DNA from: Giardia intestinalis
Lineage: Eukaryota
Assembly (NCBI GenBank): GCA_000002435.2
Contig: CM018793.1
Reading direction: 5' to 3' (one strand)
Length of the DNA: 64,000 nucleotides
How positions within the stretch are numbered: the first letter of the stretch is position 1; every line of letters starts with the position of its first letter. The notes below the pieces were generated by a model. That model was not told the origin of the DNA, did no database searches, and worked only from the letters and a program-made list of their open reading frames with translations. Both the position numbers and the translations under genes were made by a program. Below are positions 24,001-36,000 of the stretch, piece by piece.

Positions 24001-27000
24001 NNNNNNNNNNNNNNNNNNNNNNNNNNNNNNNNNNNNNNNNNNNNNNNNNNNNNNNNNNNNNNNNNNNNNNNNNNNNNNNNNNNNNNNNNNNNNNNNNNNN
24101 NNNNNNNNNNNNNNNNNNNNNNNNNNNNNNNNNNNNNNNNNNNNNNNNNNNNNNNNNNNNNNNNNNNNNNNNNNNNNNNNNNNNNNNNNNNNNNNNNNNN
24201 NNNNNNNNNNNNNNNNNNNNNNNNNNNNNNNNNNNNNNNNNNNNNNNNNNNNNNNNNNNNNNNNNNNNNNNNNNNNNNNNNNNNNNNNNNNNNNNNNNNN
24301 NNNNNNNNNNNNNNNNNNNNNNNNNNNNNNNNNNNNNNNNNNNNNNNNNNNNNNNNNNNNNNNNNNNNNNNNNNNNNNNNNNNNNNNNNNNNNNNNNNNN
24401 NNNNNNNNNNNNNNNNNNNNNNNNNNNNNNNNNNNNNNNNNNNNNNNNNNNNNNNNNNNNNNNNNNNNNNNNNNNNNNNNNNNNNNNNNNNNNNNNNNNN
24501 NNNNNNNNNNNNNNNNNNNNNNNNNNNNNNNNNNNNNNNNNNNNNNNNNNNNNNNNNNNNNNNNNNNNNNNNNNNNNNNNNNNNNNNNNNNNNNNNNNNN
24601 NNNNNNNNNNNNNNNNNNNNNNNNNNNNNNNNNNNNNNNNNNNNNNNNNNNNNNNNNNNNNNNNNNNNNNNNNNNNNNNNNNNNNNNNNNNNNNNNNNNN
24701 NNNNNNNNNNNNNNNNNNNNNNNNNNNNNNNNNNNNNNNNNNNNNNNNNNNNNNNNNNNNNNNNNNNNNNNNNNNNNNNNNNNNNNNNNNNNNNNNNNNN
24801 NNNNNNNNNNNNNNNNNNNNNNNNNNNNNNNNNNNNNNNNNNNNNNNNNNNNNNNNNNNNNNNNNNNNNNNNNNNNNNNNNNNNNNNNNNNNNNNNNNNN
24901 NNNNNNNNNNNNNNNNNNNNNNNNNNNNNNNNNNNNNNNNNNNNNNNNNNNNNNNNNNNNNNNNNNNNNNNNNNNNNNNNNNNNNNNNNNNNNNNNNNNN
25001 NNNNNNNNNNNNNNNNNNNNNNNNNNNNNNNNNNNNNNNNNNNNNNNNNNNNNNNNNNNNNNNNNNNNNNNNNNNNNNNNNNNNNNNNNNNNNNNNNNNN
25101 NNNNNNNNNNNNNNNNNNNNNNNNNNNNNNNNNNNNNNNNNNNNNNNNNNNNNNNNNNNNNNNNNNNNNNNNNNNNNNNNNNNNNNNNNNNNNNNNNNNN
25201 NNNNNNNNNNNNNNNNNNNNNNNNNNNNNNNNNNNNNNNNNNNNNNNNNNNNNNNNNNNNNNNNNNNNNNNNNNNNNNNNNNNNNNNNNNNNNNNNNNNN
25301 NNNNNNNNNNNNNNNNNNNNNNNNNNNNNNNNNNNNNNNNNNNNNNNNNNNNNNNNNNNNNNNNNNNNNNNNNNNNNNNNNNNNNNNNNNNNNNNNNNNN
25401 NNNNNNNNNNNNNNNNNNNNNNNNNNNNNNNNNNNNNNNNNNNNNNNNNNNNNNNNNNNNNNNNNNNNNNNNNNNNNNNNNNNNNNNNNNNNNNNNNNNN
25501 NNNNNNNNNNNNNNNNNNNNNNNNNNNNNNNNNNNNNNNNNNNNNNNNNNNNNNNNNNNNNNNNNNNNNNNNNNNNNNNNNNNNNNNNNNNNNNNNNNNN
25601 NNNNNNNNNNNNNNNNNNNNNNNNNNNNNNNNNNNNNNNNNNNNNNNNNNNNNNNNNNNNNNNNNNNNNNNNNNNNNNNNNNNNNNNNNNNNNNNNNNNN
25701 NNNNNNNNNNNNNNNNNNNNNNNNNNNNNNNNNNNNNNNNNNNNNNNNNNNNNNNNNNNNNNNNNNNNNNNNNNNNNNNNNNNNNNNNNNNNNNNNNNNN
25801 NNNNNNNNNNNNNNNNNNNNNNNNNNNNNNNNNNNNNNNNNNNNNNNNNNNNNNNNNNNNNNNNNNNNNNNNNNNNNNNNNNNNNNNNNNNNNNNNNNNN
25901 NNNNNNNNNNNNNNNNNNNNNNNNNNNNNNNNNNNNNNNNNNNNNNNNNNNNNNNNNNNNNNNNNNNNNNNNNNNNNNNNNNNNNNNNNNNNNNNNNNNN
26001 NNNNNNNNNNNNNNNNNNNNNNNNNNNNNNNNNNNNNNNNNNNNNNNNNNNNNNNNNNNNNNNNNNNNNNNNNNNNNNNNNNNNNNNNNNNNNNNNNNNN
26101 NNNNNNNNNNNNNNNNNNNNNNNNNNNNNNNNNNNNNNNNNNNNNNNNNNNNNNNNNNNNNNNNNNNNNNNNNNNNNNNNNNNNNNNNNNNNNNNNNNNN
26201 NNNNNNNNNNNNNNNNNNNNNNNNNNNNNNNNNNNNNNNNNNNNNNNNNNNNNNNNNNNNNNNNNNNNNNNNNNNNNNNNNNNNNNNNNNNNNNNNNNNN
26301 NNNNNNNNNNNNNNNNNNNNNNNNNNNNNNNNNNNNNNNNNNNNNNNNNNNNNNNNNNNNNNNNNNNNNNNNNNNNNNNNNNNNNNNNNNNNNNNNNNNN
26401 NNNNNNNNNNNNNNNNNNNNNNNNNNNNNNNNNNNNNNNNNNNNNNNNNNNNNNNNNNNNNNNNNNNNNNNNNNNNNNNNNNNNNNNNNNNNNNNNNNNN
26501 NNNNNNNNNNNNNNNNNNNNNNNNNNNNNNNNNNNNNNNNNNNNNNNNNNNNNNNNNNNNNNNNNNNNNNNNNNNNNNNNNNNNNNNNNNNNNNNNNNNN
26601 NNNNNNNNNNNNNNNNNNNNNNNNNNNNNNNNNNNNNNNNNNNNNNNNNNNNNNNNNNNNNNNNNNNNNNNNNNNNNNNNNNNNNNNNNNNNNNNNNNNN
26701 NNNNNNNNNNNNNNNNNNNNNNNNNNNNNNNNNNNNNNNNNNNNNNNNNNNNNNNNNNNNNNNNNNNNNNNNNNNNNNNNNNNNNNNNNNNNNNNNNNNN
26801 NNNNNNNNNNNNNNNNNNNNNNNNNNNNNNNNNNNNNNNNNNNNNNNNNNNNNNNNNNNNNNNNNNNNNNNNNNNNNNNNNNNNNNNNNNNNNNNNNNNN
26901 NNNNNNNNNNNNNNNNNNNNNNNNNNNNNNNNNNNNNNNNNNNNNNNNNNNNNNNNNNNNNNNNNNNNNNNNNNNNNNNNNNNNNNNNNNNNNNNNNNNN

Positions 27001-30000
27001 NNNNNNNNNNNNNNNNNNNNNNNNNNNNNNNNNNNNNNNNNNNNNNNNNNNNNNNNNNNNNNNNNNNNNNNNNNNNNNNNNNNNNNNNNNNNNNNNNNNN
27101 NNNNNNNNNNNNNNNNNNNNNNNNNNNNNNNNNNNNNNNNNNNNNNNNNNNNNNNNNNNNNNNNNNNNNNNNNNNNNNNNNNNNNNNNNNNNNNNNNNNN
27201 NNNNNNNNNNNNNNNNNNNNNNNNNNNNNNNNNNNNNNNNNNNNNNNNNNNNNNNNNNNNNNNNNNNNNNNNNNNNNNNNNNNNNNNNNNNNNNNNNNNN
27301 NNNNNNNNNNNNNNNNNNNNNNNNNNNNNNNNNNNNNNNNNNNNNNNNNNNNNNNNNNNNNNNNNNNNNNNNNNNNNNNNNNNNNNNNNNNNNNNNNNNN
27401 NNNNNNNNNNNNNNNNNNNNNNNNNNNNNNNNNNNNNNNNNNNNNNNNNNNNNNNNNNNNNNNNNNNNNNNNNNNNNNNNNNNNNNNNNNNNNNNNNNNN
27501 NNNNNNNNNNNNNNNNNNNNNNNNNNNNNNNNNNNNNNNNNNNNNNNNNNNNNNNNNNNNNNNNNNNNNNNNNNNNNNNNNNNNNNNNNNNNNNNNNNNN
27601 NNNNNNNNNNNNNNNNNNNNNNNNNNNNNNNNNNNNNNNNNNNNNNNNNNNNNNNNNNNNNNNNNNNNNNNNNNNNNNNNNNNNNNNNNNNNNNNNNNNN
27701 NNNNNNNNNNNNNNNNNNNNNNNNNNNNNNNNNNNNNNNNNNNNNNNNNNNNNNNNNNNNNNNNNNNNNNNNNNNNNNNNNNNNNNNNNNNNNNNNNNNN
27801 NNNNNNNNNNNNNNNNNNNNNNNNNNNNNNNNNNNNNNNNNNNNNNNNNNNNNNNNNNNNNNNNNNNNNNNNNNNNNNNNNNNNNNNNNNNNNNNNNNNN
27901 NNNNNNNNNNNNNNNNNNNNNNNNNNNNNNNNNNNNNNNNNNNNNNNNNNNNNNNNNNNNNNNNNNNNNNNNNNNNNNNNNNNNNNNNNNNNNNNNNNNN
28001 NNNNNNNNNNNNNNNNNNNNNNNNNNNNNNNNNNNNNNNNNNNNNNNNNNNNNNNNNNNNNNNNNNNNNNNNNNNNNNNNNNNNNNNNNNNNNNNNNNNN
28101 NNNNNNNNNNNNNNNNNNNNNNNNNNNNNNNNNNNNNNNNNNNNNNNNNNNNNNNNNNNNNNNNNNNNNNNNNNNNNNNNNNNNNNNNNNNNNNNNNNNN
28201 NNNNNNNNNNNNNNNNNNNNNNNNNNNNNNNNNNNNNNNNNNNNNNNNNNNNNNNNNNNNNNNNNNNNNNNNNNNNNNNNNNNNNNNNNNNNNNNNNNNN
28301 NNNNNNNNNNNNNNNNNNNNNNNNNNNNNNNNNNNNNNNNNNNNNNNNNNNNNNNNNNNNNNNNNNNNNNNNNNNNNNNNNNNNNNNNNNNNNNNNNNNN
28401 NNNNNNNNNNNNNNNNNNNNNNNNNNNNNNNNNNNNNNNNNNNNNNNNNNNNNNNNNNNNNNNNNNNNNNNNNNNNNNNNNNNNNNNNNNNNNNNNNNNN
28501 NNNNNNNNNNNNNNNNNNNNNNNNNNNNNNNNNNNNNNNNNNNNNNNNNNNNNNNNNNNNNNNNNNNNNNNNNNNNNNNNNNNNNNNNNNNNNNNNNNNN
28601 NNNNNNNNNNNNNNNNNNNNNNNNNNNNNNNNNNNNNNNNNNNNNNNNNNNNNNNNNNNNNNNNNNNNNNNNNNNNNNNNNNNNNNNNNNNNNNNNNNNN
28701 NNNNNNNNNNNNNNNNNNNNNNNNNNNNNNNNNNNNNNNNNNNNNNNNNNNNNNNNNNNNNNNNNNNNNNNNNNNNNNNNNNNNNNNNNNNNNNNNNNNN
28801 NNNNNNNNNNNNNNNNNNNNNNNNNNNNNNNNNNNNNNNNNNNNNNNNNNNNNNNNNNNNNNNNNNNNNNNNNNNNNNNNNNNNNNNNNNNNNNNNNNNN
28901 NNNNNNNNNNNNNNNNNNNNNNNNNNNNNNNNNNNNNNNNNNNNNNNNNNNNNNNNNNNNNNNNNNNNNNNNNNNNNNNNNNNNNNNNNNNNNNNNNNNN
29001 NNNNNNNNNNNNNNNNNNNNNNNNNNNNNNNNNNNNNNNNNNNNNNNNNNNNNNNNNNNNNNNNNNNNNNNNNNNNNNNNNNNNNNNNNNNNNNNNNNNN
29101 NNNNNNNNNNNNNNNNNNNNNNNNNNNNNNNNNNNNNNNNNNNNNNNNNNNNNNNNNNNNNNNNNNNNNNNNNNNNNNNNNNNNNNNNNNNNNNNNNNNN
29201 NNNNNNNNNNNNNNNNNNNNNNNNNNNNNNNNNNNNNNNNNNNNNNNNNNNNNNNNNNNNNNNNNNNNNNNNNNNNNNNNNNNNNNNNNNNNNNNNNNNN
29301 NNNNNNNNNNNNNNNNNNNNNNNNNNNNNNNNNNNNNNNNNNNNNNNNNNNNNNNNNNNNNNNNNNNNNNNNNNNNNNNNNNNNNNNNNNNNNNNNNNNN
29401 NNNNNNNNNNNNNNNNNNNNNNNNNNNNNNNNNNNNNNNNNNNNNNNNNNNNNNNNNNNNNNNNNNNNNNNNNNNNNNNNNNNNNNNNNNNNNNNNNNNN
29501 NNNNNNNNNNNNNNNNNNNNNNNNNNNNNNNNNNNNNNNNNNNNNNNNNNNNNNNNNNNNNNNNNNNNNNNNNNNNNNNNNNNNNNNNNNNNNNNNNNNN
29601 NNNNNNNNNNNNNNNNNNNNNNNNNNNNNNNNNNNNNNNNNNNNNNNNNNNNNNNNNNNNNNNNNNNNNNNNNNNNNNNNNNNNNNNNNNNNNNNNNNNN
29701 NNNNNNNNNNNNNNNNNNNNNNNNNNNNNNNNNNNNNNNNNNNNNNNNNNNNNNNNNNNNNNNNNNNNNNNNNNNNNNNNNNNNNNNNNNNNNNNNNNNN
29801 NNNNNNNNNNNNNNNNNNNNNNNNNNNNNNNNNNNNNNNNNNNNNNNNNNNNNNNNNNNNNNNNNNNNNNNNNNNNNNNNNNNNNNNNNNNNNNNNNNNN
29901 NNNNNNNNNNNNNNNNNNNNNNNNNNNNNNNNNNNNNNNNNNNNNNNNNNNNNNNNNNNNNNNNNNNNNNNNNNNNNNNNNNNNNNNNNNNNNNNNNNNN

Positions 30001-33000
30001 NNNNNNNNNNNNNNNNNNNNNNNNNNNNNNNNNNNNNNNNNNNNNNNNNNNNNNNNNNNNNNNNNNNNNNNNNNNNNNNNNNNNNNNNNNNNNNNNNNNN
30101 NNNNNNNNNNNNNNNNNNNNNNNNNNNNNNNNNNNNNNNNNNNNNNNNNNNNNNNNNNNNNNNNNNNNNNNNNNNNNNNNNNNNNNNNNNNNNNNNNNNN
30201 NNNNNNNNNNNNNNNNNNNNNNNNNNNNNNNNNNNNNNNNNNNNNNNNNNNNNNNNNNNNNNNNNNNNNNNNNNNNNNNNNNNNNNNNNNNNNNNNNNNN
30301 NNNNNNNNNNNNNNNNNNNNNNNNNNNNNNNNNNNNNNNNNNNNNNNNNNNNNNNNNNNNNNNNNNNNNNNNNNNNNNNNNNNNNNNNNNNNNNNNNNNN
30401 NNNNNNNNNNNNNNNNNNNNNNNNNNNNNNNNNNNNNNNNNNNNNNNNNNNNNNNNNNNNNNNNNNNNNNNNNNNNNNNNNNNNNNNNNNNNNNNNNNNN
30501 NNNNNNNNNNNNNNNNNNNNNNNNNNNNNNNNNNNNNNNNNNNNNNNNNNNNNNNNNNNNNNNNNNNNNNNNNNNNNNNNNNNNNNNNNNNNNNNNNNNN
30601 NNNNNNNNNNNNNNNNNNNNNNNNNNNNNNNNNNNNNNNNNNNNNNNNNNNNNNNNNNNNNNNNNNNNNNNNNNNNNNNNNNNNNNNNNNNNNNNNNNNN
30701 NNNNNNNNNNNNNNNNNNNNNNNNNNNNNNNNNNNNNNNNNNNNNNNNNNNNNNNNNNNNNNNNNNNNNNNNNNNNNNNNNNNNNNNNNNNNNNNNNNNN
30801 NNNNNNNNNNNNNNNNNNNNNNNNNNNNNNNNNNNNNNNNNNNNNNNNNNNNNNNNNNNNNNNNNNNNNNNNNNNNNNNNNNNNNNNNNNNNNNNNNNNN
30901 NNNNNNNNNNNNNNNNNNNNNNNNNNNNNNNNNNNNNNNNNNNNNNNNNNNNNNNNNNNNNNNNNNNNNNNNNNNNNNNNNNNNNNNNNNNNNNNNNNNN
31001 NNNNNNNNNNNNNNNNNNNNNNNNNNNNNNNNNNNNNNNNNNNNNNNNNNNNNNNNNNNNNNNNNNNNNNNNNNNNNNNNNNNNNNNNNNNNNNNNNNNN
31101 NNNNNNNNNNNNNNNNNNNNNNNNNNNNNNNNNNNNNNNNNNNNNNNNNNNNNNNNNNNNNNNNNNNNNNNNNNNNNNNNNNNNNNNNNNNNNNNNNNNN
31201 NNNNNNNNNNNNNNNNNNNNNNNNNNNNNNNNNNNNNNNNNNNNNNNNNNNNNNNNNNNNNNNNNNNNNNNNNNNNNNNNNNNNNNNNNNNNNNNNNNNN
31301 NNNNNNNNNNNNNNNNNNNNNNNNNNNNNNNNNNNNNNNNNNNNNNNNNNNNNNNNNNNNNNNNNNNNNNNNNNNNNNNNNNNNNNNNNNNNNNNNNNNN
31401 NNNNNNNNNNNNNNNNNNNNNNNNNNNNNNNNNNNNNNNNNNNNNNNNNNNNNNNNNNNNNNNNNNNNNNNNNNNNNNNNNNNNNNNNNNNNNNNNNNNN
31501 NNNNNNNNNNNNNNNNNNNNNNNNNNNNNNNNNNNNNNNNNNNNNNNNNNNNNNNNNNNNNNNNNNNNNNNNNNNNNNNNNNNNNNNNNNNNNNNNNNNN
31601 NNNNNNNNNNNNNNNNNNNNNNNNNNNNNNNNNNNNNNNNNNNNNNNNNNNNNNNNNNNNNNNNNNNNNNNNNNNNNNNNNNNNNNNNNNNNNNNNNNNN
31701 NNNNNNNNNNNNNNNNNNNNNNNNNNNNNNNNNNNNNNNNNNNNNNNNNNNNNNNNNNNNNNNNNNNNNNNNNNNNNNNNNNNNNNNNNNNNNNNNNNNN
31801 NNNNNNNNNNNNNNNNNNNNNNNNNNNNNNNNNNNNNNNNNNNNNNNNNNNNNNNNNNNNNNNNNNNNNNNNNNNNNNNNNNNNNNNNNNNNNNNNNNNN
31901 NNNNNNNNNNNNNNNNNNNNNNNNNNNNNNNNNNNNNNNNNNNNNNNNNNNNNNNNNNNNNNNNNNNNNNNNNNNNNNNNNNNNNNNNNNNNNNNNNNNN
32001 NNNNNNNNNNNNNNNNNNNNNNNNNNNNNNNNNNNNNNNNNNNNNNNNNNNNNNNNNNNNNNNNNNNNNNNNNNNNNNNNNNNNNNNNNNNNNNNNNNNN
32101 NNNNNNNNNNNNNNNNNNNNNNNNNNNNNNNNNNNNNNNNNNNNNNNNNNNNNNNNNNNNNNNNNNNNNNNNNNNNNNNNNNNNNNNNNNNNNNNNNNNN
32201 NNNNNNNNNNNNNNNNNNNNNNNNNNNNNNNNNNNNNNNNNNNNNNNNNNNNNNNNNNNNNNNNNNNNNNNNNNNNNNNNNNNNNNNNNNNNNNNNNNNN
32301 NNNNNNNNNNNNNNNNNNNNNNNNNNNNNNNNNNNNNNNNNNNNNNNNNNNNNNNNNNNNNNNNNNNNNNNNNNNNNNNNNNNNNNNNNNNNNNNNNNNN
32401 NNNNNNNNNNNNNNNNNNNNNNNNNNNNNNNNNNNNNNNNNNNNNNNNNNNNNNNNNNNNNNNNNNNNNNNNNNNNNNNNNNNNNNNNNNNNNNNNNNNN
32501 NNNNNNNNNNNNNNNNNNNNNNNNNNNNNNNNNNNNNNNNNNNNNNNNNNNNNNNNNNNNNNNNNNNNNNNNNNNNNNNNNNNNNNNNNNNNNNNNNNNN
32601 NNNNNNNNNNNNNNNNNNNNNNNNNNNNNNNNNNNNNNNNNNNNNNNNNNNNNNNNNNNNNNNNNNNNNNNNNNNNNNNNNNNNNNNNNNNNNNNNNNNN
32701 NNNNNNNNNNNNNNNNNNNNNNNNNNNNNNNNNNNNNNNNNNNNNNNNNNNNNNNNNNNNNNNNNNNNNNNNNNNNNNNNNNNNNNNNNNNNNNNNNNNN
32801 NNNNNNNNNNNNNNNNNNNNNNNNNNNNNNNNNNNNNNNNNNNNNNNNNNNNNNNNNNNNNNNNNNNNNNNNNNNNNNNNNNNNNNNNNNNNNNNNNNNN
32901 NNNNNNNNNNNNNNNNNNNNNNNNNNNNNNNNNNNNNNNNNNNNNNNNNNNNNNNNNNNNNNNNNNNNNNNNNNNNNNNNNNNNNNNNNNNNNNNNNNNN

Positions 33001-36000
33001 NNNNNNNNNNNNNNNNNNNNNNNNNNNNNNNNNNNNNNNNNNNNNNNNNNNNNNNNNNNNNNNNNNNNNNNNNNNNNNNNNNNNNNNNNNNNNNNNNNNN
33101 NNNNNNNNNNNNNNNNNNNNNNNNNNNNNNNNNNNNNNNNNNNNNNNNNNNNNNNNNNNNNNNNNNNNNNNNNNNNNNNNNNNNNNNNNNNNNNNNNNNN
33201 NNNNNNNNNNNNNNNNNNNNNNNNNNNNNNNNNNNNNNNNNNNNNNNNNNNNNNNNNNNNNNNNNNNNNNNNNNNNNNNNNNNNNNNNNNNNNNNNNNNN
33301 NNNNNNNNNNNNNNNNNNNNNNNNNNNNNNNNNNNNNNNNNNNNNNNNNNNNNNNNNNNNNNNNNNNNNNNNNNNNNNNNNNNNNNNNNNNNNNNNNNNN
33401 NNNNNNNNNNNNNNNNNNNNNNNNNNNNNNNNNNNNNNNNNNNNNNNNNNNNNNNNNNNNNNNNNNNNNNNNNNNNNNNNNNNNNNNNNNNNNNNNNNNN
33501 NNNNNNNNNNNNNNNNNNNNNNNNNNNNNNNNNNNNNNNNNNNNNNNNNNNNNNNNNNNNNNNNNNNNNNNNNNNNNNNNNNNNNNNNNNNNNNNNNNNN
33601 NNNNNNNNNNNNNNNNNNNNNNNNNNNNNNNNNNNNNNNNNNNNNNNNNNNNNNNNNNNNNNNNNNNNNNNNNNNNNNNNNNNNNNNNNNNNNNNNNNNN
33701 NNNNNNNNNNNNNNNNNNNNNNNNNNNNNNNNNNNNNNNNNNNNNNNNNNNNNNNNNNNNNNNNNNNNNNNNNNNNNNNNNNNNNNNNNNNNNNNNNNNN
33801 NNNNNNNNNNNNNNNNNNNNNNNNNNNNNNNNNNNNNNNNNNNNNNNNNNNNNNNNNNNNNNNNNNNNNNNNNNNNNNNNNNNNNNNNNNNNNNNNNNNN
33901 NNNNNNNNNNNNNNNNNNNNNNNNNNNNNNNNNNNNNNNNNNNNNNNNNNNNNNNNNNNNNNNNNNNNNNNNNNNNNNNNNNNNNNNNNNNNNNNNNNNN
34001 NNNNNNNNNNNNNNNNNNNNNNNNNNNNNNNNNNNNNNNNNNNNNNNNNNNNNNNNNNNNNNNNNNNNNNNNNNNNNNNNNNNNNNNNNNNNNNNNNNNN
34101 NNNNNNNNNNNNNNNNNNNNNNNNNNNNNNNNNNNNNNNNNNNNNNNNNNNNNNNNNNNNNNNNNNNNNNNNNNNNNNNNNNNNNNNNNNNNNNNNNNNN
34201 NNNNNNNNNNNNNNNNNNNNNNNNNNNNNNNNNNNNNNNNNNNNNNNNNNNNNNNNNNNNNNNNNNNNNNNNNNNNNNNNNNNNNNNNNNNNNNNNNNNN
34301 NNNNNNNNNNNNNNNNNNNNNNNNNNNNNNNNNNNNNNNNNNNNNNNNNNNNNNNNNNNNNNNNNNNNNNNNNNNNNNNNNNNNNNNNNNNNNNNNNNNN
34401 NNNNNNNNNNNNNNNNNNNNNNNNNNNNNNNNNNNNNNNNNNNNNNNNNNNNNNNNNNNNNNNNNNNNNNNNNNNNNNNNNNNNNNNNNNNNNNNNNNNN
34501 NNNNNNNNNNNNNNNNNNNNNNNNNNNNNNNNNNNNNNNNNNNNNNNNNNNNNNNNNNNNNNNNNNNNNNNNNNNNNNNNNNNNNNNNNNNNNNNNNNNN
34601 NNNNNNNNNNNNNNNNNNNNNNNNNNNNNNNNNNNNNNNNNNNNNNNNNNNNNNNNNNNNNNNNNNNNNNNNNNNNNNNNNNNNNNNNNNNNNNNNNNNN
34701 NNNNNNNNNNNNNNNNNNNNNNNNNNNNNNNNNNNNNNNNNNNNNNNNNNNNNNNNNNNNNNNNNNNNNNNNNNNNNNNNNNNNNNNNNNNNNNNNNNNN
34801 NNNNNNNNNNNNNNNNNNNNNNNNNNNNNNNNNNNNNNNNNNNNNNNNNNNNNNNNNNNNNNNNNNNNNNNNNNNNNNNNNNNNNNNNNNNNNNNNNNNN
34901 NNNNNNNNNNNNNNNNNNNNNNNNNNNNNNNNNNNNNNNNNNNNNNNNNNNNNNNNNNNNNNNNNNNNNNNNNNNNNNNNNNNNNNNNNNNNNNNNNNNN
35001 NNNNNNNNNNNNNNNNNNNNNNNNNNNNNNNNNNNNNNNNNNNNNNNNNNNNNNNNNNNNNNNNNNNNNNNNNNNNNNNNNNNNNNNNNNNNNNNNNNNN
35101 NNNNNNNNNNNNNNNNNNNNNNNNNNNNNNNNNNNNNNNNNNNNNNNNNNNNNNNNNNNNNNNNNNNNNNNNNNNNNNNNNNNNNNNNNNNNNNNNNNNN
35201 NNNNNNNNNNNNNNNNNNNNNNNNNNNNNNNNNNNNNNNNNNNNNNNNNNNNNNNNNNNNNNNNNNNNNNNNNNNNNNNNNNNNNNNNNNNNNNNNNNNN
35301 NNNNNNNNNNNNNNNNNNNNNNNNNNNNNNNNNNNNNNNNNNNNNNNNNNNNNNNNNNNNNNNNNNNNNNNNNNNNNNNNNNNNNNNNNNNNNNNNNNNN
35401 NNNNNNNNNNNNNNNNNNNNNNNNNNNNNNNNNNNNNNNNNNNNNNNNNNNNNNNNNNNNNNNNNNNNNNNNNNNNNNNNNNNNNNNNNNNNNNNNNNNN
35501 NNNNNNNNNNNNNNNNNNNNNNNNNNNNNNNNNNNNNNNNNNNNNNNNNNNNNNNNNNNNNNNNNNNNNNNNNNNNNNNNNNNNNNNNNNNNNNNNNNNN
35601 NNNNNNNNNNNNNNNNNNNNNNNNNNNNNNNNNNNNNNNNNNNNNNNNNNNNNNNNNNNNNNNNNNNNNNNNNNNNNNNNNNNNNNNNNNNNNNNNNNNN
35701 NNNNNNNNNNNNNNNNNNNNNNNNNNNNNNNNNNNNNNNNNNNNNNNNNNNNNNNNNNNNNNNNNNNNNNNNNNNNNNNNNNNNNNNNNNNNNNNNNNNN
35801 NNNNNNNNNNNNNNNNNNNNNNNNNNNNNNNNNNNNNNNNNNNNNNNNNNNNNNNNNNNNNNNNNNNNNNNNNNNNNNNNNNNNNNNNNNNNNNNNNNNN
35901 NNNNNNNNNNNNNNNNNNNNNNNNNNNNNNNNNNNNNNNNNNNNNNNNNNNNNNNNNNNNNNNNNNNNNNNNNNNNNNNNNNNNNNNNNNNNNNNNNNNN